Assembly (NCBI GenBank): GCA_965198175.1
Contig: OZ240245.1
Span: forward strand, 736,001-800,000
Length of the DNA stretch: 64,000 nucleotides
Reading direction: 5' to 3'
From: Candidatus Poribacteria bacterium
GTDB taxonomy: Bacteria; Poribacteria; WGA-4E; PCPOR2b
A program made the position numbers and the translations under genes. The first letter of the stretch is position 1. Every line of letters begins with the position of its first letter. This document shows positions 22,243 through 33,987 of the stretch, one piece after another. The notes under the pieces were generated by a model. The model did not search any database. It saw only the letters and a program-made list of their open reading frames with translations, and was not told the DNA's origin.

Positions 22243-22782
22243 TTACCACTGTTCAGCGAGCTGATTGTAAAGATCGTCAGTTAGTTCTCGAATAAGGCGT
22301 GTCGTTGCTTCCTCACGAGTCTCCGGTTCCTCACCTGTGACTGAAGCAATATAGTAGTCGTGAACTTGTATATAATTCTCCTGACGATCGATAATTCTGT
22401 TTTGTATGCGATCTCGAAATTCATATTCAATCTGTAAACTCATACGTAACTGTTCCGGATTGTTGTTGACATCATACTGAATCGGTTCCAGGTCGTAGTC
22501 GAGTATAACCAAATCAAGTTGTGCATCGTTTCCGTCGCGCCATTTCTGGTTAAACCGATCCCTGAGTTTCTCGGTAATGATTTCATCGTAGGTTGTTCCT
22601 GAATTCGCGTCATAAGAGAAGTCTGGATCTTCAATAGTAATCAGTGGAATATTAAGGGTCTTTATATGTTCAAGATAGGAGGATGTTGACACATAGCCGC
22701 AACCGAAGGTGAAATGGGTCAAAATTAATAGCACGAAAAACTGAACAAAGCGAGAAATAAAAGGTTGTTCTTTTTCAGGCAT
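22243..22782 (-). CDS. LptE-like lipoprotein
   Basis: Lipobox 'FGCGY', ~180 codons, ends with 'EATTRLIRELTDDLYNQLAEQW' helix typical of LptE-like proteins. Confidence 0.55.
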   Translation of the reverse strand: MPEKEQPFISRFVQFFVLLILTHFTFGCGYVSTSSYLEHIKTLNIPLITIEDPDFSYDANSGTTYDEIITEKLRDRFNQKWRDGNDAQLDLVILDYDLEPIQYDVNNNPEQLRMSLQIEYEFRDRIQNRIIDRQENYIQVHDYYIASVTGEEPETREEATTRLIRELTDDLYNQLAEQW

Positions 22783-22843
22783 CTGATGTGTACCTGCCTT
22801 GTAATTTCTACGTAGGAGAGCAAGAAGATGGGTGAGAGATGAG

Positions 22844-23119
22844 CTATGAAAGGCGAAGTGAGAAAGTTGGCACAAGTGCCGCTTTCTCACTTTCCCACAT
22901 TCCGATTGGACGTGGACGGGTAGGAACGGTTTTTTTTCTATGTAGTAACTGCTTCACATGATGCAGTAGCTGTTCTGCATATCGGACGATCGAATCTTTA
23001 TACCTCAAGGACAGCACAAAGATTGCAATTAACAGAATCAATACAAAGATTAAGAAATGGGTCAACCATTTCTGATCCAGCAAATCTCTTTTTGTCCGAA
23101 TCGGTCTGCTTGCTTGCAT
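22844..23119 (-). CDS. Small hypothetical membrane protein
   Basis: 91-aa ORF with one hydrophobic segment, co-oriented downstream of pnp. Confidence 0.4.
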   Translation of the reverse strand: MQASRPIRTKRDLLDQKWLTHFLIFVLILLIAIFVLSLRYKDSIVRYAEQLLHHVKQLLHRKKTVPTRPRPIGMWESEKAALVPTFSLRLS

Positions 23120-23198
23120 CTAACACGGCTTTCATCAAGTATGTGTATAGACATTAGGGTTAGGATTGGATAATACCCAATTGCCCAAGCCATAATGC

Positions 23199-25427
23199 CT
23201 AAACCCGCCCCTTTGGAATTCTGGGTGGTCCCCGTCGCTGTGACTCACGTGGATTTTCGTTGCGTCCATTCCGATTGTTACGGGAATCACGTTGTCCCCC
23301 CCGACGGCTGCGCGACGAACTCCGGTCCGGCGGACTTGATTCGACCGACGACCCATCATTTGCCATTTTTAAATCGACACGACCTTGTTGATCAATTGTC
23401 AAAACGCTCACGGTGACTTCGTCACCAACGTTCATCACATCTTCAACCTGTCGGACGTAACCATCGCCCATTTGTGAAATATGAATAAGACCGTCTTGAC
23501 CAGGCAGAATTTCAACAAAAGCGCCAAACGACGTTGTCCGAATCACTTTCCCAGCATACTCTTTACCGATTTCAGGAACAGCCGTCACAGCAAGAATCCT
23601 GTCTTCCGCTTTTTTGGCAGCTTCCGCACTAGTTGATGCCACCTCAACTTTTCCATCATCTTCCACATTAATTGTCACCCCCGTTTCTTCTTGAATTCCC
23701 TGGATAACTTTGCCGCGGGGGCCAATCAAATCCTTAATCTTGGCTGGTGAAATTTGAAGGTAGTAAATTCGTGGCGCATACGGGGAAAGTTCTTCTCGCG
23801 GTTCAACAATAACTTCGCTCATTTTGTCGAGGACGATTAGGCGGGCTTCCCTAGCCTGATGTATAGCCTTTCGCATTAACTCCGGCGTCACTCCGTCAAT
23901 CTTAATGTCCATCTGAACAGCAGTCACGCCACCCTTGGTACCTGCCACCTTAAAATCCATATCCCCAAGAAAATCTTCGGCGCCAAGCATGTCTGTCAAA
24001 ATAATCTCCTGATCCTCTTCCTTGATCAAGCCCACGCCAACTCCAGCAACCGGTTTTTTGATTGGCACACCGGCATCCATCAACGCTAAGGTTGCACCAC
24101 ATACAGTTGCCATTGAGGACGAGGCGTTCGATTCAAGAATATCTGCCACGACGCGGACGGTATATGCAAATTCCTCCTTCGAGGGGATTACAGGTTCAAG
24201 AGCTCTTTGCGCGAGTGCGCCATGACCAATTTCTCTTCGCCCCGGGCCCATCATTCGTTTCACCTCGCCAGTGCTGAATGGCGGGAAATTATAGTGTAAA
24301 AAGAACGGACGGCTGATTTCCCCTATGAGCCCCCGTTCCACATCAGCATCCCCTGAAGTACCCAGCGTTACAACACAAAGCGCCTGGGTTTGCCCGCGAG
24401 TGAACAGTGACGAACCGTGTACTCGGGGAAGAAGAGATACTTCTCCCGTGATTTGACGAATATCTTTAGTTCCTCGTCCATCGGCACGTTTGCCTTCATC
24501 CAAGATAGAGCGGCGCATCTCCTCTTTTTCAATTACGCTCAGTATGTAGATGGCGTTTTCCGTTACGACACTGTCTGGTTCCTCGCTTTCATCGTCGAGG
24601 ATTTCTGAAAGAACATCCTCCTGCACCTGTTCAAGGTAATCCTCGCGATTCTGTTTATTGGTCATGCCAATCGACGCACGGATTTTTGCTGTAGCGAGAT
24701 TCCGAATTTGCGCATTCAGTTCCTCATCAATCTCCTCTGTCTCGTACTCACGCGGGGGCTTTCCACATAGTGCAACCAAACCCTCCTGAAGTTTGATAAT
24801 TTCTTTGATTTTTTCATGGGCAAAAACGATTGCATCAATGATTTCATCTTCTGGGAGTTCGTGAGCCCCGCCTTCAACAGACATAACCGCGTTTGTGTTG
24901 CCGCTCACAAAGAGTTCTAGCTCAGATGCTTCCAATTCTTCATAGGTTGGGTTAATGACAAATCTGCCATCCAGTTTTCCTACTGTAACCGCTCCGACCG
25001 GACCATTAAACGGTATATCCGAGATGCTCAACGCAGCCGATGTCCCAATCAAAGCTGGAACATCCGCTGGGTGAATCTGGTCTGAAGAAAGTACCGTCGC
25101 TAAAATCTGGACTTCCGGTTTAAAATCTTTCGGAAAAAGCGGGCGAATACAATGATCTGCCAAACGTGCAACCAAGCGTTCCCGCATACCAGGACGCGGT
25201 TCCCGTCTTCCATAGACATTTGGAATCTTCCCTGCAGCATAGGCTCTCTCACGATAGTCAACGGTTAAAGGAAAGAAATCAAGGTTACTTTTCTTTTTTT
25301 CGGCAACGGCGGTTACTAAAACAACCGTTCCGCCATATTGCACCCAAGCAGCGCCATCCGCTTGTTTCGCGGCCTTCCCTGTCTCGATTGACAGTTTTTC
25401 CTCTCCAAGTTGCATCTCTACCTTCAT
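23199..25427 (-). CDS. pnp: Polyribonucleotide nucleotidyltransferase
   Basis: 'FFPLTVDYRE', 'FTRGQTQAL', 'GRREIGHG', 'GDMDFKVAG', KH and S1 domains; follows rpsO. Confidence 0.96.
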   Translation of the reverse strand: MKVEMQLGEEKLSIETGKAAKQADGAAWVQYGGTVVLVTAVAEKKKSNLDFFPLTVDYRERAYAAGKIPNVYGRREPRPGMRERLVARLADHCIRPLFPKDFKPEVQILATVLSSDQIHPADVPALIGTSAALSISDIPFNGPVGAVTVGKLDGRFVINPTYEELEASELELFVSGNTNAVMSVEGGAHELPEDEIIDAIVFAHEKIKEIIKLQEGLVALCGKPPREYETEEIDEELNAQIRNLATAKIRASIGMTNKQNREDYLEQVQEDVLSEILDDESEEPDSVVTENAIYILSVIEKEEMRRSILDEGKRADGRGTKDIRQITGEVSLLPRVHGSSLFTRGQTQALCVVTLGTSGDADVERGLIGEISRPFFLHYNFPPFSTGEVKRMMGPGRREIGHGALAQRALEPVIPSKEEFAYTVRVVADILESNASSSMATVCGATLALMDAGVPIKKPVAGVGVGLIKEEDQEIILTDMLGAEDFLGDMDFKVAGTKGGVTAVQMDIKIDGVTPELMRKAIHQAREARLIVLDKMSEVIVEPREELSPYAPRIYYLQISPAKIKDLIGPRGKVIQGIQEETGVTINVEDDGKVEVASTSAEAAKKAEDRILAVTAVPEIGKEYAGKVIRTTSFGAFVEILPGQDGLIHISQMGDGYVRQVEDVMNVGDEVTVSVLTIDQQGRVDLKMANDGSSVESSPPDRSSSRSRRGGQRDSRNNRNGRNENPRESQRRGPPRIPKGRV

Positions 25428-25464
25428 AATCTTCTTCCTCCTCAAAAAGTCCTACGGTGGACTG

Positions 25465-25755
25465 CTAGCTTTTCCTTAAAGTGATCGTGTCCCGAATTCC
25501 CAATTGCTTGATGAGATTGCGGTACCGCCGAACATCCTCTTTGTAAAGATAACGTAATAAACGACGCTGTTTTCCCACAAGCTTATAAAGCCCATATCTC
25601 GAATGATGGTCTTTGTTGTGATTGCGGAAATGCTCCGTCAACTCTCGGATACGGGTATTGATAATTGCAACTTGTACTTCGGCCGAACCCGTATCACTAT
25701 CGTGCAACCTATATGCTTCGATGAGTTCTTTTTTCCTTTCAGACTCAAGTGCCAC
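25465..25755 (-). CDS. rpsO: 30S ribosomal protein S15
   Basis: '[10 protein letters not shown]...HNKDHHSR'; AGGAGG RBS; GTG start. Confidence 0.95.
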   Translation of the reverse strand: MALESERKKELIEAYRLHDSDTGSAEVQVAIINTRIRELTEHFRNHNKDHHSRYGLYKLVGKQRRLLRYLYKEDVRRYRNLIKQLGIRDTITLRKS

Positions 25756-25871
25756 TCCAATTCACCTCCTTTAGGCACATTCCCTCAAAAAGCTTCTCCC
25801 TGAAGGTTAATATACCATAAACCAGATCGTTTTGTAAATCAACTTTTTCAAGTTAGTTGTAAGCACCACGG

Positions 25872-26807
25872 TCAATTTTCCCGCCCTTGTTTAAGAATCG
25901 TCTGAGTCGTGACGATGTCTTGCTGAATTTGATGCACTAAAGCTCCTTGATTTGGAAACGTACGCTCATCACGAATTTTTTCGACAAAGAAAATTTCGAT
26001 TTCTTTATCGTAAAACATGTCCTCAACACCGAATAGATGGCTTTCAATCTGGAACTTCACCCCATCAAACGTTGGCCTCATTCCCATGTTCAGTACCCCA
26101 TCAAACATGCGTTTCCCTAATTTAGCTTGGATTGCGTAAACGCCATTCGGAGGTAGCATCTTATCGCCCGCGTTGATGTTGGCGGTTGGGAACCCAAGTT
26201 CGCGTCCGCGGCCTGCCCCTATTATCACTTCACCAAGAATCGAGTACCGGCGCCCTAGTAACTGCGCTGCCAGATCAAGTTCACCTGTTGCGATCGCTGC
26301 ACGGATGCGAGTACTATGAACAGGTAGTCCATGCAACTCAGTCGGCCCAACGACTTCCACACCAAACTCATATTGGGATCCAAGTTGCCGTAAACCCTCC
26401 ACATTGCCGGTTCGTCCATTGCCGAACTGCCATTCATAACCAATGACCACCTGTTTGGCCTGCAATTGCCCTAGTAGGACCTGGCGTACAAATTGATCAG
26501 GAGACATCCTTTGCAGGTTGGCATCGAAACGGGCAAAAACCAAAGTATCAACACCGAGTCGTTGCAGTATTTCAATTCTCTTCGAGATAGCTGTCAAGGT
26601 TGGAGGGCACTTTTCGGGAGCAAGAAAAGCTAGCGGAGGCGGATGGAACGCAAGAACAAGACTCGATAGCTTGGACTTTGCCGCTTGTGTTAATACCTGC
26701 TGAATGACAGCTTGATGTCCGATGTGTAATCCGTCGAACACACCAACAGTGACAACAGATACATGACAAAACTTAGACGCTGCTTCTAGATTGTGGAAAA
26801 TTTCCAA
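25872..26807 (-). CDS. ribF: Bifunctional riboflavin kinase/FAD synthetase
   Basis: 'GVFDGLHIGH', 'GRELGFPTAN', 'GMRPTF'. Confidence 0.95.
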   Translation of the reverse strand: MEIFHNLEAASKFCHVSVVTVGVFDGLHIGHQAVIQQVLTQAAKSKLSSLVLAFHPPPLAFLAPEKCPPTLTAISKRIEILQRLGVDTLVFARFDANLQRMSPDQFVRQVLLGQLQAKQVVIGYEWQFGNGRTGNVEGLRQLGSQYEFGVEVVGPTELHGLPVHSTRIRAAIATGELDLAAQLLGRRYSILGEVIIGAGRGRELGFPTANINAGDKMLPPNGVYAIQAKLGKRMFDGVLNMGMRPTFDGVKFQIESHLFGVEDMFYDKEIEIFFVEKIRDERTFPNQGALVHQIQQDIVTTQTILKQGREN

Positions 26808-26911
26808 AAGTCAATCTCCAAGTTCTGACGCATTTCGGGGTGCGAAGACAACATCGTACCATCTTCAATTGTAACCGTTCAAGACGACTATGAAATAACA
26901 AATATATTGGA

Positions 26912-27652
26912 TTAAAACGCACTTTTTATCTTCAATGGGAAACGGCGATTCAGCGCTTCAATAACATCCTCAATCAGCATAACAGCCTGATGAGCAAAGT
27001 CGGGATTGCTTTCAAGACTGTCAAGAGAATGAGAATCGCCGATTTTGAATATTCCAGATTGGGTACGGGTTAGCTGTGAAAGATAAGCACCGCAGACCAG
27101 CGCAGAACCAATATCTGCTACAAGTGACCGGATATATGTCCCTTTTGAGCAAACGACTCTGAATCGAACTTCTGGTATTTTGATTGATAGAATCTCAAAC
27201 GATTTAATGAGCACTTTTTTTCTAGGTAAGTTCTCCACTTCGATTCCTTGACGTGCTAGTTTGTACAGCCGTTTACCCTTAAGTTTCGCAGCAGAAAATA
27301 TTGGAACAACTTGTTCAATTTCTCCGATAAACTGTTGGGAAACAGTGTGAATTTGATCGAAAGCAACCCCCCTTACGTCCGCTGTGCTGAGAATTCGTCC
27401 ACTTGAATCAAGGGTATCTGTCGTGATACCTAATGCCAGTGTGCCTTCGTACTCCTTTGTACCAAGCTGTAGCGATTCAAACAACTTTGTCCCATTCCCC
27501 AAACAAATAAGCAGAACGCCTGTGGCATCTGGATCTAGCGTTCCCCCATGTCCAGCCTTCCGGACATTGAACAAGTGTTTAATCCGATCAACTGCTTGCC
27601 TTGAAGTCATTTTGGCAGGTTTATTCAGGTTGAGAACGCCATCAATCCGCAT
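26912..27652 (-). CDS. truB: tRNA pseudouridine(55) synthase
   Basis: 'GHGGTLDPDATG', 'CSKGTYIRSL'. Confidence 0.95.
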   Translation of the reverse strand: MRIDGVLNLNKPAKMTSRQAVDRIKHLFNVRKAGHGGTLDPDATGVLLICLGNGTKLFESLQLGTKEYEGTLALGITTDTLDSSGRILSTADVRGVAFDQIHTVSQQFIGEIEQVVPIFSAAKLKGKRLYKLARQGIEVENLPRKKVLIKSFEILSIKIPEVRFRVVCSKGTYIRSLVADIGSALVCGAYLSQLTRTQSGIFKIGDSHSLDSLESNPDFAHQAVMLIEDVIEALNRRFPLKIKSAF

Positions 27653-27736
27653 GGTGGAACGATAGAAGATTATCAGACAAACCGTGATGTGTGATGTGCA
27701 TACAAGTGTCTGAGCTTGGCATCAGGGGCAATACGG

Positions 27737-28759
27737 TTAGTTTAGCCAGGCATTAAATTCTTCATACCTAACACCTAATACCTCCTTCAATTTGTTGATG
27801 CGTTGTTGAGCACTTGCCACGAGTTGCGCAATTGCTACGTCATAATGCGCATCAATCTCACAGCCTGCGGCGCGTTGATGCCCACCTCCACCGAATTCCG
27901 CAGCAATTTCGCCGACATCAACATACGTTTTGCTCCGCAGACTTGCTTTAGACCTCCCATCTACTTGTTCGCTAACCAAAACTGCAAACTCAACAGTATC
28001 AATGGAACGGATGTAATTAATGAATCCATCCACCTCCTCGCGGCCCGTTCCGGTTTTGCGGAACATCTCCTGAGTCACATATACCCATGCAATCTTGCCA
28101 TCGGGTGTTATACCGAGCGTTCGAAGAACCTCACCAAGCAAACGTACCCTTCCAACTGGCGCGGTTTCATAAACCAAGCGATAAATCTCATCAACAGATA
28201 CGCCTGCATTAATGAGATCGGCAGCGATTTGATGCGCTGCCGGTGTGGAATTCGCATATCGAAAACAGCCGGTATCGAACATAATTCCGGTGTAGAGGCA
28301 AAGCGCTCGATCCCTCCCGATTGGAGTCCCGTGATGTTTAATCAACTGATAAACAATCTCAGATGTTGATGATGCTTCTACTTCAATAAAGTTATAACTC
28401 CCAAAATGATCTGCCGTGGCGTGATGATCGATATTGACAATCGCTTTTGTTGGGATTAAGGTCCGGCAGAGGTCGTCACCAATTCGTTTCAGCATCCCTG
28501 CGTCAAGAACTACTAGAATCTCAGGCGAATGCCCCTGAACTGCTTCAGGGGGTAGAATGACGTCGCAGAAAGGAAGGAATTGGTAGATTTTCGGCACAGC
28601 ATCTGTATTGAAAATCTGGACGTGTTTCCCTAGGTCTTTGAGGAAAGAATAGAGTGCTAATTCAGATCCAATCGCATCACCATCGGGATTGATGTGTGTT
28701 GAAAGCGCAAAATACTGGTGACGATCAAAAACATCTAAGACTGCTTTATAGGTTTCCAT
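27737..28759 (-). CDS. nrnA: DHH-family oligoribonuclease/pAp phosphatase
   Basis: 'HINPDGDA', 'IDHH', 'DTG', 'GGGGHQRAAG'; usual position after rbfA. Confidence 0.88.
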   Translation of the reverse strand: METYKAVLDVFDRHQYFALSTHINPDGDAIGSELALYSFLKDLGKHVQIFNTDAVPKIYQFLPFCDVILPPEAVQGHSPEILVVLDAGMLKRIGDDLCRTLIPTKAIVNIDHHATADHFGSYNFIEVEASSTSEIVYQLIKHHGTPIGRDRALCLYTGIMFDTGCFRYANSTPAAHQIAADLINAGVSVDEIYRLVYETAPVGRVRLLGEVLRTLGITPDGKIAWVYVTQEMFRKTGTGREEVDGFINYIRSIDTVEFAVLVSEQVDGRSKASLRSKTYVDVGEIAAEFGGGGHQRAAGCEIDAHYDVAIAQLVASAQQRINKLKEVLGVRYEEFNAWLN

Positions 28760-28773
28760 ATCAAAGAAATGGT

Positions 28774-29172
28774 TTATGGCATTTCATCACTGCATTCCGA
28801 GGAAATGCCGAGTTCTTCTTCTTCAGCACGCACTTGCTTCAGGAGACGGTCTAGTTTCATTAAATGATCGATAGACTGGTCTAATTTGAAACGTAATTCA
28901 GGGACATACCGCAAATCAATTTGACACCCGACTTCACGTCTGAGGAAACCGGCGGCGCTTTTCAAACCCGCCATCGTACCCTGCTTCTGTTGCTTATTTC
29001 CAATTACACTCACCTTGACATCGGCATACTTCAAATCGGAAGATACTTCAACCCGCGTAATAGTACAGAATTTTACTCGCGGATCCTTTAGAGATCTATG
29101 AATAATGTAACTTAGTTCCTTCTGTATGAGCGCGCTCACCCGATCAATACGTCTGCTTTCTAACATTGTCAC
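28774..29172 (-). CDS. rbfA: Ribosome-binding factor A
   Basis: 'LKDPRV...DLKYA...LRYVPELRF'. Confidence 0.93.
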   Translation of the reverse strand: MTMLESRRIDRVSALIQKELSYIIHRSLKDPRVKFCTITRVEVSSDLKYADVKVSVIGNKQQKQGTMAGLKSAAGFLRREVGCQIDLRYVPELRFKLDQSIDHLMKLDRLLKQVRAEEEELGISSECSDEMP

Positions 29173-29176
29173 TTCG

Positions 29177-29461
29177 TCAGAAGATTAACTCAATCTCGTA
29201 ATCCGTTAATTCTGCTAAACTGTTTGCTTCAATAAAATTCACTACTTTCGACAGTACACGATTGAGATGCGTTGAATCGTTGGACACTGAAACAATTCCA
29301 AGCACAACTCGTTGGTGCACATCAAGCGCATCAATTTCTCCAACAGCAACGTTGAACCGATTTTTCAACCGATTGATGATACTTTTGACGACTCGCCGTT
29401 TCTGTTTCAGCGAATAACTCTCTGAAATCGTCAAAAAGGCCTTACAAATCCCGACATGCAT
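29177..29461 (-). CDS. DUF503 (YlxP-like) protein
   Basis: 'SLKQKRRVVKSII...RFNVAVGE'; between infB and rbfA. Confidence 0.88.
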   Translation of the reverse strand: MHVGICKAFLTISESYSLKQKRRVVKSIINRLKNRFNVAVGEIDALDVHQRVVLGIVSVSNDSTHLNRVLSKVVNFIEANSLAELTDYEIELIF

Positions 29462-29593
29462 AGCGTAGTACGTTGAACGTCATGAATTCGTGGAATGCAA
29501 CCTAATAACTCATGAATTTACAACACGCATCACACGAAAATGACAGTATTAAGACATTGAATGCCCAATCCTCTACTCCACTTTTCCCTGTTT

Positions 29594-31621
29594 TTACCTC
29601 AGTGTGCGCGGGATATGTTCGTGAGTATAACATTCTAATACGTCATCCACTTTGAAATCGTCGAAAGCACTCGTGCCGATACCACATTCGTAATTCGCGG
29701 CAACCTCAGTAACATCGTCTTTGAACCTGCGTAACGAGTCGACCTTCCCCTCATAAATCTGTCGATTGTCACGCAAAACACGGAGGGGGTAGTTATGAAT
29801 AATTTGTCCCCAATTAACATAAGTTCCGGCAATCATTCCCTTCCGCGGAACCTTGAACAACTGGCGAACAATTGCTCTTCCGATGGAAACCTCTCGAATC
29901 TCAGGATCCAACAATCCTTCCATCGCGGATTGGACATCGGAAATCAGATTGTAAATCACATTGTATGTCCGAACATCGATACTTTCGAGCGCCTTTGCTA
30001 TCAGAGCTTCAGTTGTGGGGCGCACGTTAAAACCTAGCACAATAGCATTGGAAGCAGATGCGAGTAAGATATCTGTTTCTGCAATACCGCCAACAGCTTG
30101 ATGGATGATGTTGACTTTGACCTCATTGGCGTTTAACTTTTGCAGCGAATCACAAACAACTTCAACAGATCCTTGAACATCACCTTTGACAATCACATTC
30201 AACTCTTTGATATCACCCTCATGAATCTGCTGGAAGAGATCGTCTAAATTCACACGACTCTGCGGACTAAGTTGGGCATACCGATGCTCTGCTTGTCGAG
30301 ATTCGCTGATGGTTCTGGCATCTTTCTCAGAGTCTACTGCATGAAAGCTGTCCCCGGCTTCCGGAACCTCAGTGAAACCAAGGACTTCAACCGGTGTTGA
30401 TGGAGATCCCTGTTTAATGCGCTGTCCTCGATCATCAATCAACGCCCGGACTTTTCCATAGCAGCGACCAGCGATGAATGCATCTCCAACTTTCAACGTC
30501 CCGCTTTGCACCAGCACTGTTGCGACTGAACCTCGCCCTTTATCCAGCTTCGCTTCAATAACAGCTCCCCGCCCCGCTTTATTTGGATTAGCTGTCAGTT
30601 CAAGCAATTCCGATTCAAGGAGCAACATATCCAACAGTTCATCAACACCAATGCTTTCCTTCGCAGAAATTTCAACAAAAATCGTTTGTCCACCCCATTC
30701 CTCCGGAATAAGACCTTGGTCCGCCAACTGTTGTTTAACATAATCAGGTCTGGCACCCTCTACATCGATTTTGTTGATTGCAACAACAATGGGAACTTTT
30801 GCAGCCTTTGCGTGATTGATAGCCTCTATTGTTTGCGGCATAACACCATCATCTGCCGCTACAACAAGGACGACAATATCTGTCACTTGGGTGCCGCGCG
30901 CGCGCATAGCGGTGAATGCTGCATGCCCTGGGGTGTCCAGAAAAACAACGTTACCGTTCTCCAATTCCACATGGTAAGCGCCAATATGTTGCGTAATATT
31001 TCCAGCTTCTGTTTCAATAATATTCGACTCTCGAACAGCATCAAGCAGTGAGGTCTTGCCGTGGTCGACATGCCCCATAATCGTAACAACGGGTGCGCGA
31101 GGAACGAAATCTTTTGGATTATCGGGTTCTTCCTTCAACACTTGTTCCTCTAGCGTTAGTTGACGGACAGCTTCAAATTCAAACTTTTCGCTGATAATTT
31201 TCAGCGTGTCGAAATCTAGACGTTGATTAATACTTGCCATAATCCCAAGCTTCATGAGCCGTCTAATCATTTCTGTATCCTTAAATCCCAGAGTTGAGGC
31301 AATCTGACCGACTGTAATTCCTTCTTGAACTTGCGGAATTGTTGAGATTTCTTTTTTAGTCGGTGTTGCTTGGGTAATGGCTCCTTCAATCGCCGCTGGG
31401 TCTTGATCAGAAAGCGATTCCAGTCTGGTCTTTTTTGCATTCCGTTCGGCTTCAATTAACTCAACGGTTTCCGGATCGAGCGTGCTCATGTGGTTCTTGA
31501 CGAGCACACCATACTCCTGGACTTCTTCGATGAATGCTTTACTGCTCAACCCATATCGTTTTGCCAATTCGTAAACTCTGATATTCTTGCTGTTCTTGGT
31601 TTTATCCTTTTTCATTGACAC
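29594..31621 (-). CDS. infB: Translation initiation factor IF-2
   Basis: '[14 protein letters not shown]', 'DTPGHAAF', 'NKID', 'KGDVQGS'; N-terminal 'RVYELAK'. Confidence 0.97.
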   Translation of the reverse strand: MSMKKDKTKNSKNIRVYELAKRYGLSSKAFIEEVQEYGVLVKNHMSTLDPETVELIEAERNAKKTRLESLSDQDPAAIEGAITQATPTKKEISTIPQVQEGITVGQIASTLGFKDTEMIRRLMKLGIMASINQRLDFDTLKIISEKFEFEAVRQLTLEEQVLKEEPDNPKDFVPRAPVVTIMGHVDHGKTSLLDAVRESNIIETEAGNITQHIGAYHVELENGNVVFLDTPGHAAFTAMRARGTQVTDIVVLVVAADDGVMPQTIEAINHAKAAKVPIVVAINKIDVEGARPDYVKQQLADQGLIPEEWGGQTIFVEISAKESIGVDELLDMLLLESELLELTANPNKAGRGAVIEAKLDKGRGSVATVLVQSGTLKVGDAFIAGRCYGKVRALIDDRGQRIKQGSPSTPVEVLGFTEVPEAGDSFHAVDSEKDARTISESRQAEHRYAQLSPQSRVNLDDLFQQIHEGDIKELNVIVKGDVQGSVEVVCDSLQKLNANEVKVNIIHQAVGGIAETDILLASASNAIVLGFNVRPTTEALIAKALESIDVRTYNVIYNLISDVQSAMEGLLDPEIREVSIGRAIVRQLFKVPRKGMIAGTYVNWGQIIHNYPLRVLRDNRQIYEGKVDSLRRFKDDVTEVAANYECGIGTSAFDDFKVDDVLECYTHEHIPRTLR

Positions 31622-31636
31622 CTCTTCAGCGCTTAT

Positions 31637-31906
31637 CTAATTCATCAGGTCAAGCAGTTCTTGTTTGAACAGATCAATCGCTCGCTTTGAGTGATTCACT
31701 CCCAAGTGAGAGTTGATGATTTTGGGCGCCCTGAAAGCTGCGTTAATACACGCTTGAGATGGACAAACATAGGCACCATAGCCTGGAAATCTACGTTTTG
31801 CATCTATTCAGAGGCTTCGGGAGAAACCACAAGCAAATCGAAGTAAGTTTTTCTTGGGGGATTTACCACGGCACCCAATAAAAGTTCGGATAGGTGTCGA
31901 TGCCAT
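31637..31906 (-). pseudogene. ylxR: YlxR/DUF448 (RnpM) homologue with an in-frame TGA at codon 33
   Basis: Not in the ORF track. Manual translation: MASTPIRTFIGCRGKSPKKNLLRFACGFSRSL*IDAKRRFPGYGAYVCPSQACINAAF...LLDLMN*; TGA at 31808-31810; syntenic position between nusA and infB. Confidence 0.85.
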
Positions 31907-32216
31907 ACCAATCACCAACAGCCGCGTAGGCTAAAGTTGAAGCGAAGTTGAGAGAAGAAGCTATACCTTAACTCAATTCCATTTTAGATCGTTACATGAA
32001 TAACATTAAGGCAGATTGGTGTGCATTCGATTCGTATCGCGGGAAACAGCATTTGTTCTATCAGGAGCGATGAAAGCCCTGCCGCGCGGAATTGCGTTTA
32101 TTTCAACCTATCTGATTCTATCGGAGGACATCGCTCCGACAATGCCTGAATGCCATCCAAGGTTCAATAAATAGAAATAGCGCTATGCTATTGCTCTCGC
32201 CTTTTGGGTTTTGGTA

Positions 32217-33506
32217 TCATTCAACTTCTGCTGCGGAACGCTGAATTCTCTCGGCAGTTTTAGTTCCAACCCCTGGAACCGCAAGAAGTTGATCTAACGT
32301 TGCTGTCACAATCGATTCAACTGTCGAGAATCCAAAATCTTTGAGCGCTGTCGCGGTTTTGACGCCTACGCCATCCAAATCGGTCAAATCCACCTCACCA
32401 TCAGACGCCGCTGCATGGGATGAACTCGGTTGAGGATGGAATAGTTCTGCTGTGATTTCTTCCTTAAACTGTGTCACTGCTTCCGATTCGCTTTTAATGT
32501 CAATTTTCCGCCCCGTCAATCTCGCAGCAAGGCGTGCGTTTTGTCCACGCCTGCCGATTGCTAGGGACAACTGATCGTCCGGGACAATGACTTCTGCGCT
32601 TTCGGTCTCCTCATCAATGTTCACAGAAGCCACTGTCGCAGGCTGCAGAGCATTTGCAATAAAAGTAGCTGGGGATTCATCCCATTCAAGGAGGTCTATT
32701 TTCTCCCCTTCTAACTCCCTAACAACAGCCTCGACCCGAGAACCTTTTACACCAACACAAGTGCCAACAGCGTCAATATTTTCGGACGGCGCAGTAACAG
32801 CCACCTTTGCTCGATTTCCTGGATCTCGAGCGATTGCCATGATGCGCACTAATCCGTCATAAATCTCAGGCACTTCCATTTCAAATAGTCGATCAATTAA
32901 ATTGGGGTGTGTCCGGGAGAGAATGATTTGTGGTCCCTTTGCATCCGCTTGCACTTCCAAGATTAAACACTTTAACATGTCACCACGCTGATGATTGTGC
33001 GGCTGAGAAGCTTCGCCATACGGTAATATACCTTCAGTTTGTTCCAAATCAAGGATGAGGTTGCCGCGTTCGACCCGTTGCACATAACCTGTGATAATCT
33101 CTCCTTCACGGGTTTTATATTCCTGATAAATCTGTTCCCGCTCAGCTTCTTTAATTTTTTGAACAAGGATTTGACGTGCTGTTTGAGCTTCAATTCTTCC
33201 AAACTCTCTTGGATCTACTTCAACCTCGATAGTCTCATTCAACTGCGCATCAGGCTTTATTTTCAATGCTTCCTCAATCGGAATCTCTTTTGCAAAGTGG
33301 TGCATAATTTCAACCACTTTTTGGGGAACATAACATTTAATCTCACCCGTCTCAGAATCAATCTTAATGGATACACCTTGAGTTGAGCCATAGCGCCGCT
33401 TAGCTGCTGAATATAAGGCGGCTTCGATAGCCTCAATAAAAATCTCCTGTGGCAAATCCGTCTGATTCATGATTTGGCGAATAGTCATAAGCAAATCGTT
33501 CGTCAT
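32217..33506 (-). CDS. nusA: Transcription factor NusA
   Basis: '[11 protein letters not shown]', S1/KH domains, '[20 protein letters not shown]', C-terminal HhH. Confidence 0.96.
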   Translation of the reverse strand: MTNDLLMTIRQIMNQTDLPQEIFIEAIEAALYSAAKRRYGSTQGVSIKIDSETGEIKCYVPQKVVEIMHHFAKEIPIEEALKIKPDAQLNETIEVEVDPREFGRIEAQTARQILVQKIKEAEREQIYQEYKTREGEIITGYVQRVERGNLILDLEQTEGILPYGEASQPHNHQRGDMLKCLILEVQADAKGPQIILSRTHPNLIDRLFEMEVPEIYDGLVRIMAIARDPGNRAKVAVTAPSENIDAVGTCVGVKGSRVEAVVRELEGEKIDLLEWDESPATFIANALQPATVASVNIDEETESAEVIVPDDQLSLAIGRRGQNARLAARLTGRKIDIKSESEAVTQFKEEITAELFHPQPSSSHAAASDGEVDLTDLDGVGVKTATALKDFGFSTVESIVTATLDQLLAVPGVGTKTAERIQRSAAEVE

Positions 33507-33525
33507 TGCTTTCCACCCAAAGATA

Positions 33526-33987
33526 TTACCACATCAGTTGGACATGAGCTTTAGTAATTTCTGAAAGTCCAACTTGAATTGTCTCCCCTGAACGTTGAGT
33601 CAGATAAATCTTTCTCCAGTTGACATCTTCCAGAATGCCACTCAATTGTAGAAATTTTCCGCTTGGGGAGAGGACCTCGATTTGAATATTCTTACTCAAA
33701 TTTCTGCGGTAGTCTGTTTCTGTACTAAGCGGACGATCTAATCCTAGAGAGGCAACCTCAAGACTGTGCCTATCCAGTTTGAATCCATGCATTTGTAGAA
33801 CGGGACCGACAATTTCGCTAACGTGTTGGCAATCCTTTATCGTTATACCGTCAGGTTTATAGATTAAAAGCCTTAGCATTCTATTTTTCTTTTGATTTTC
33901 ATATTCAACGTCAACTAACTTAATCCCTTCACCGTCCAGAATGGGTGATAACAAGTCGAAAACTGAGGTTTTCACTGAGGAACTCAT
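33526..33987 (-). CDS. rimP: Ribosome maturation factor RimP
   Basis: 'GITIKDC...LEVASLGLDRPL'; directly upstream of nusA. Confidence 0.9.
   Translation of the reverse strand: MSSSVKTSVFDLLSPILDGEGIKLVDVEYENQKKNRMLRLLIYKPDGITIKDCQHVSEIVGPVLQMHGFKLDRHSLEVASLGLDRPLSTETDYRRNLSKNIQIEVLSPSGKFLQLSGILEDVNWRKIYLTQRSGETIQVGLSEITKAHVQLMW

Noticed and set aside
31770..31810. Selenocysteine decoding of the ylxR UGA
   Set aside because: The codon does not correspond to a conserved Cys, only a weak 4-bp hairpin follows, and other conserved residues are also degenerate.
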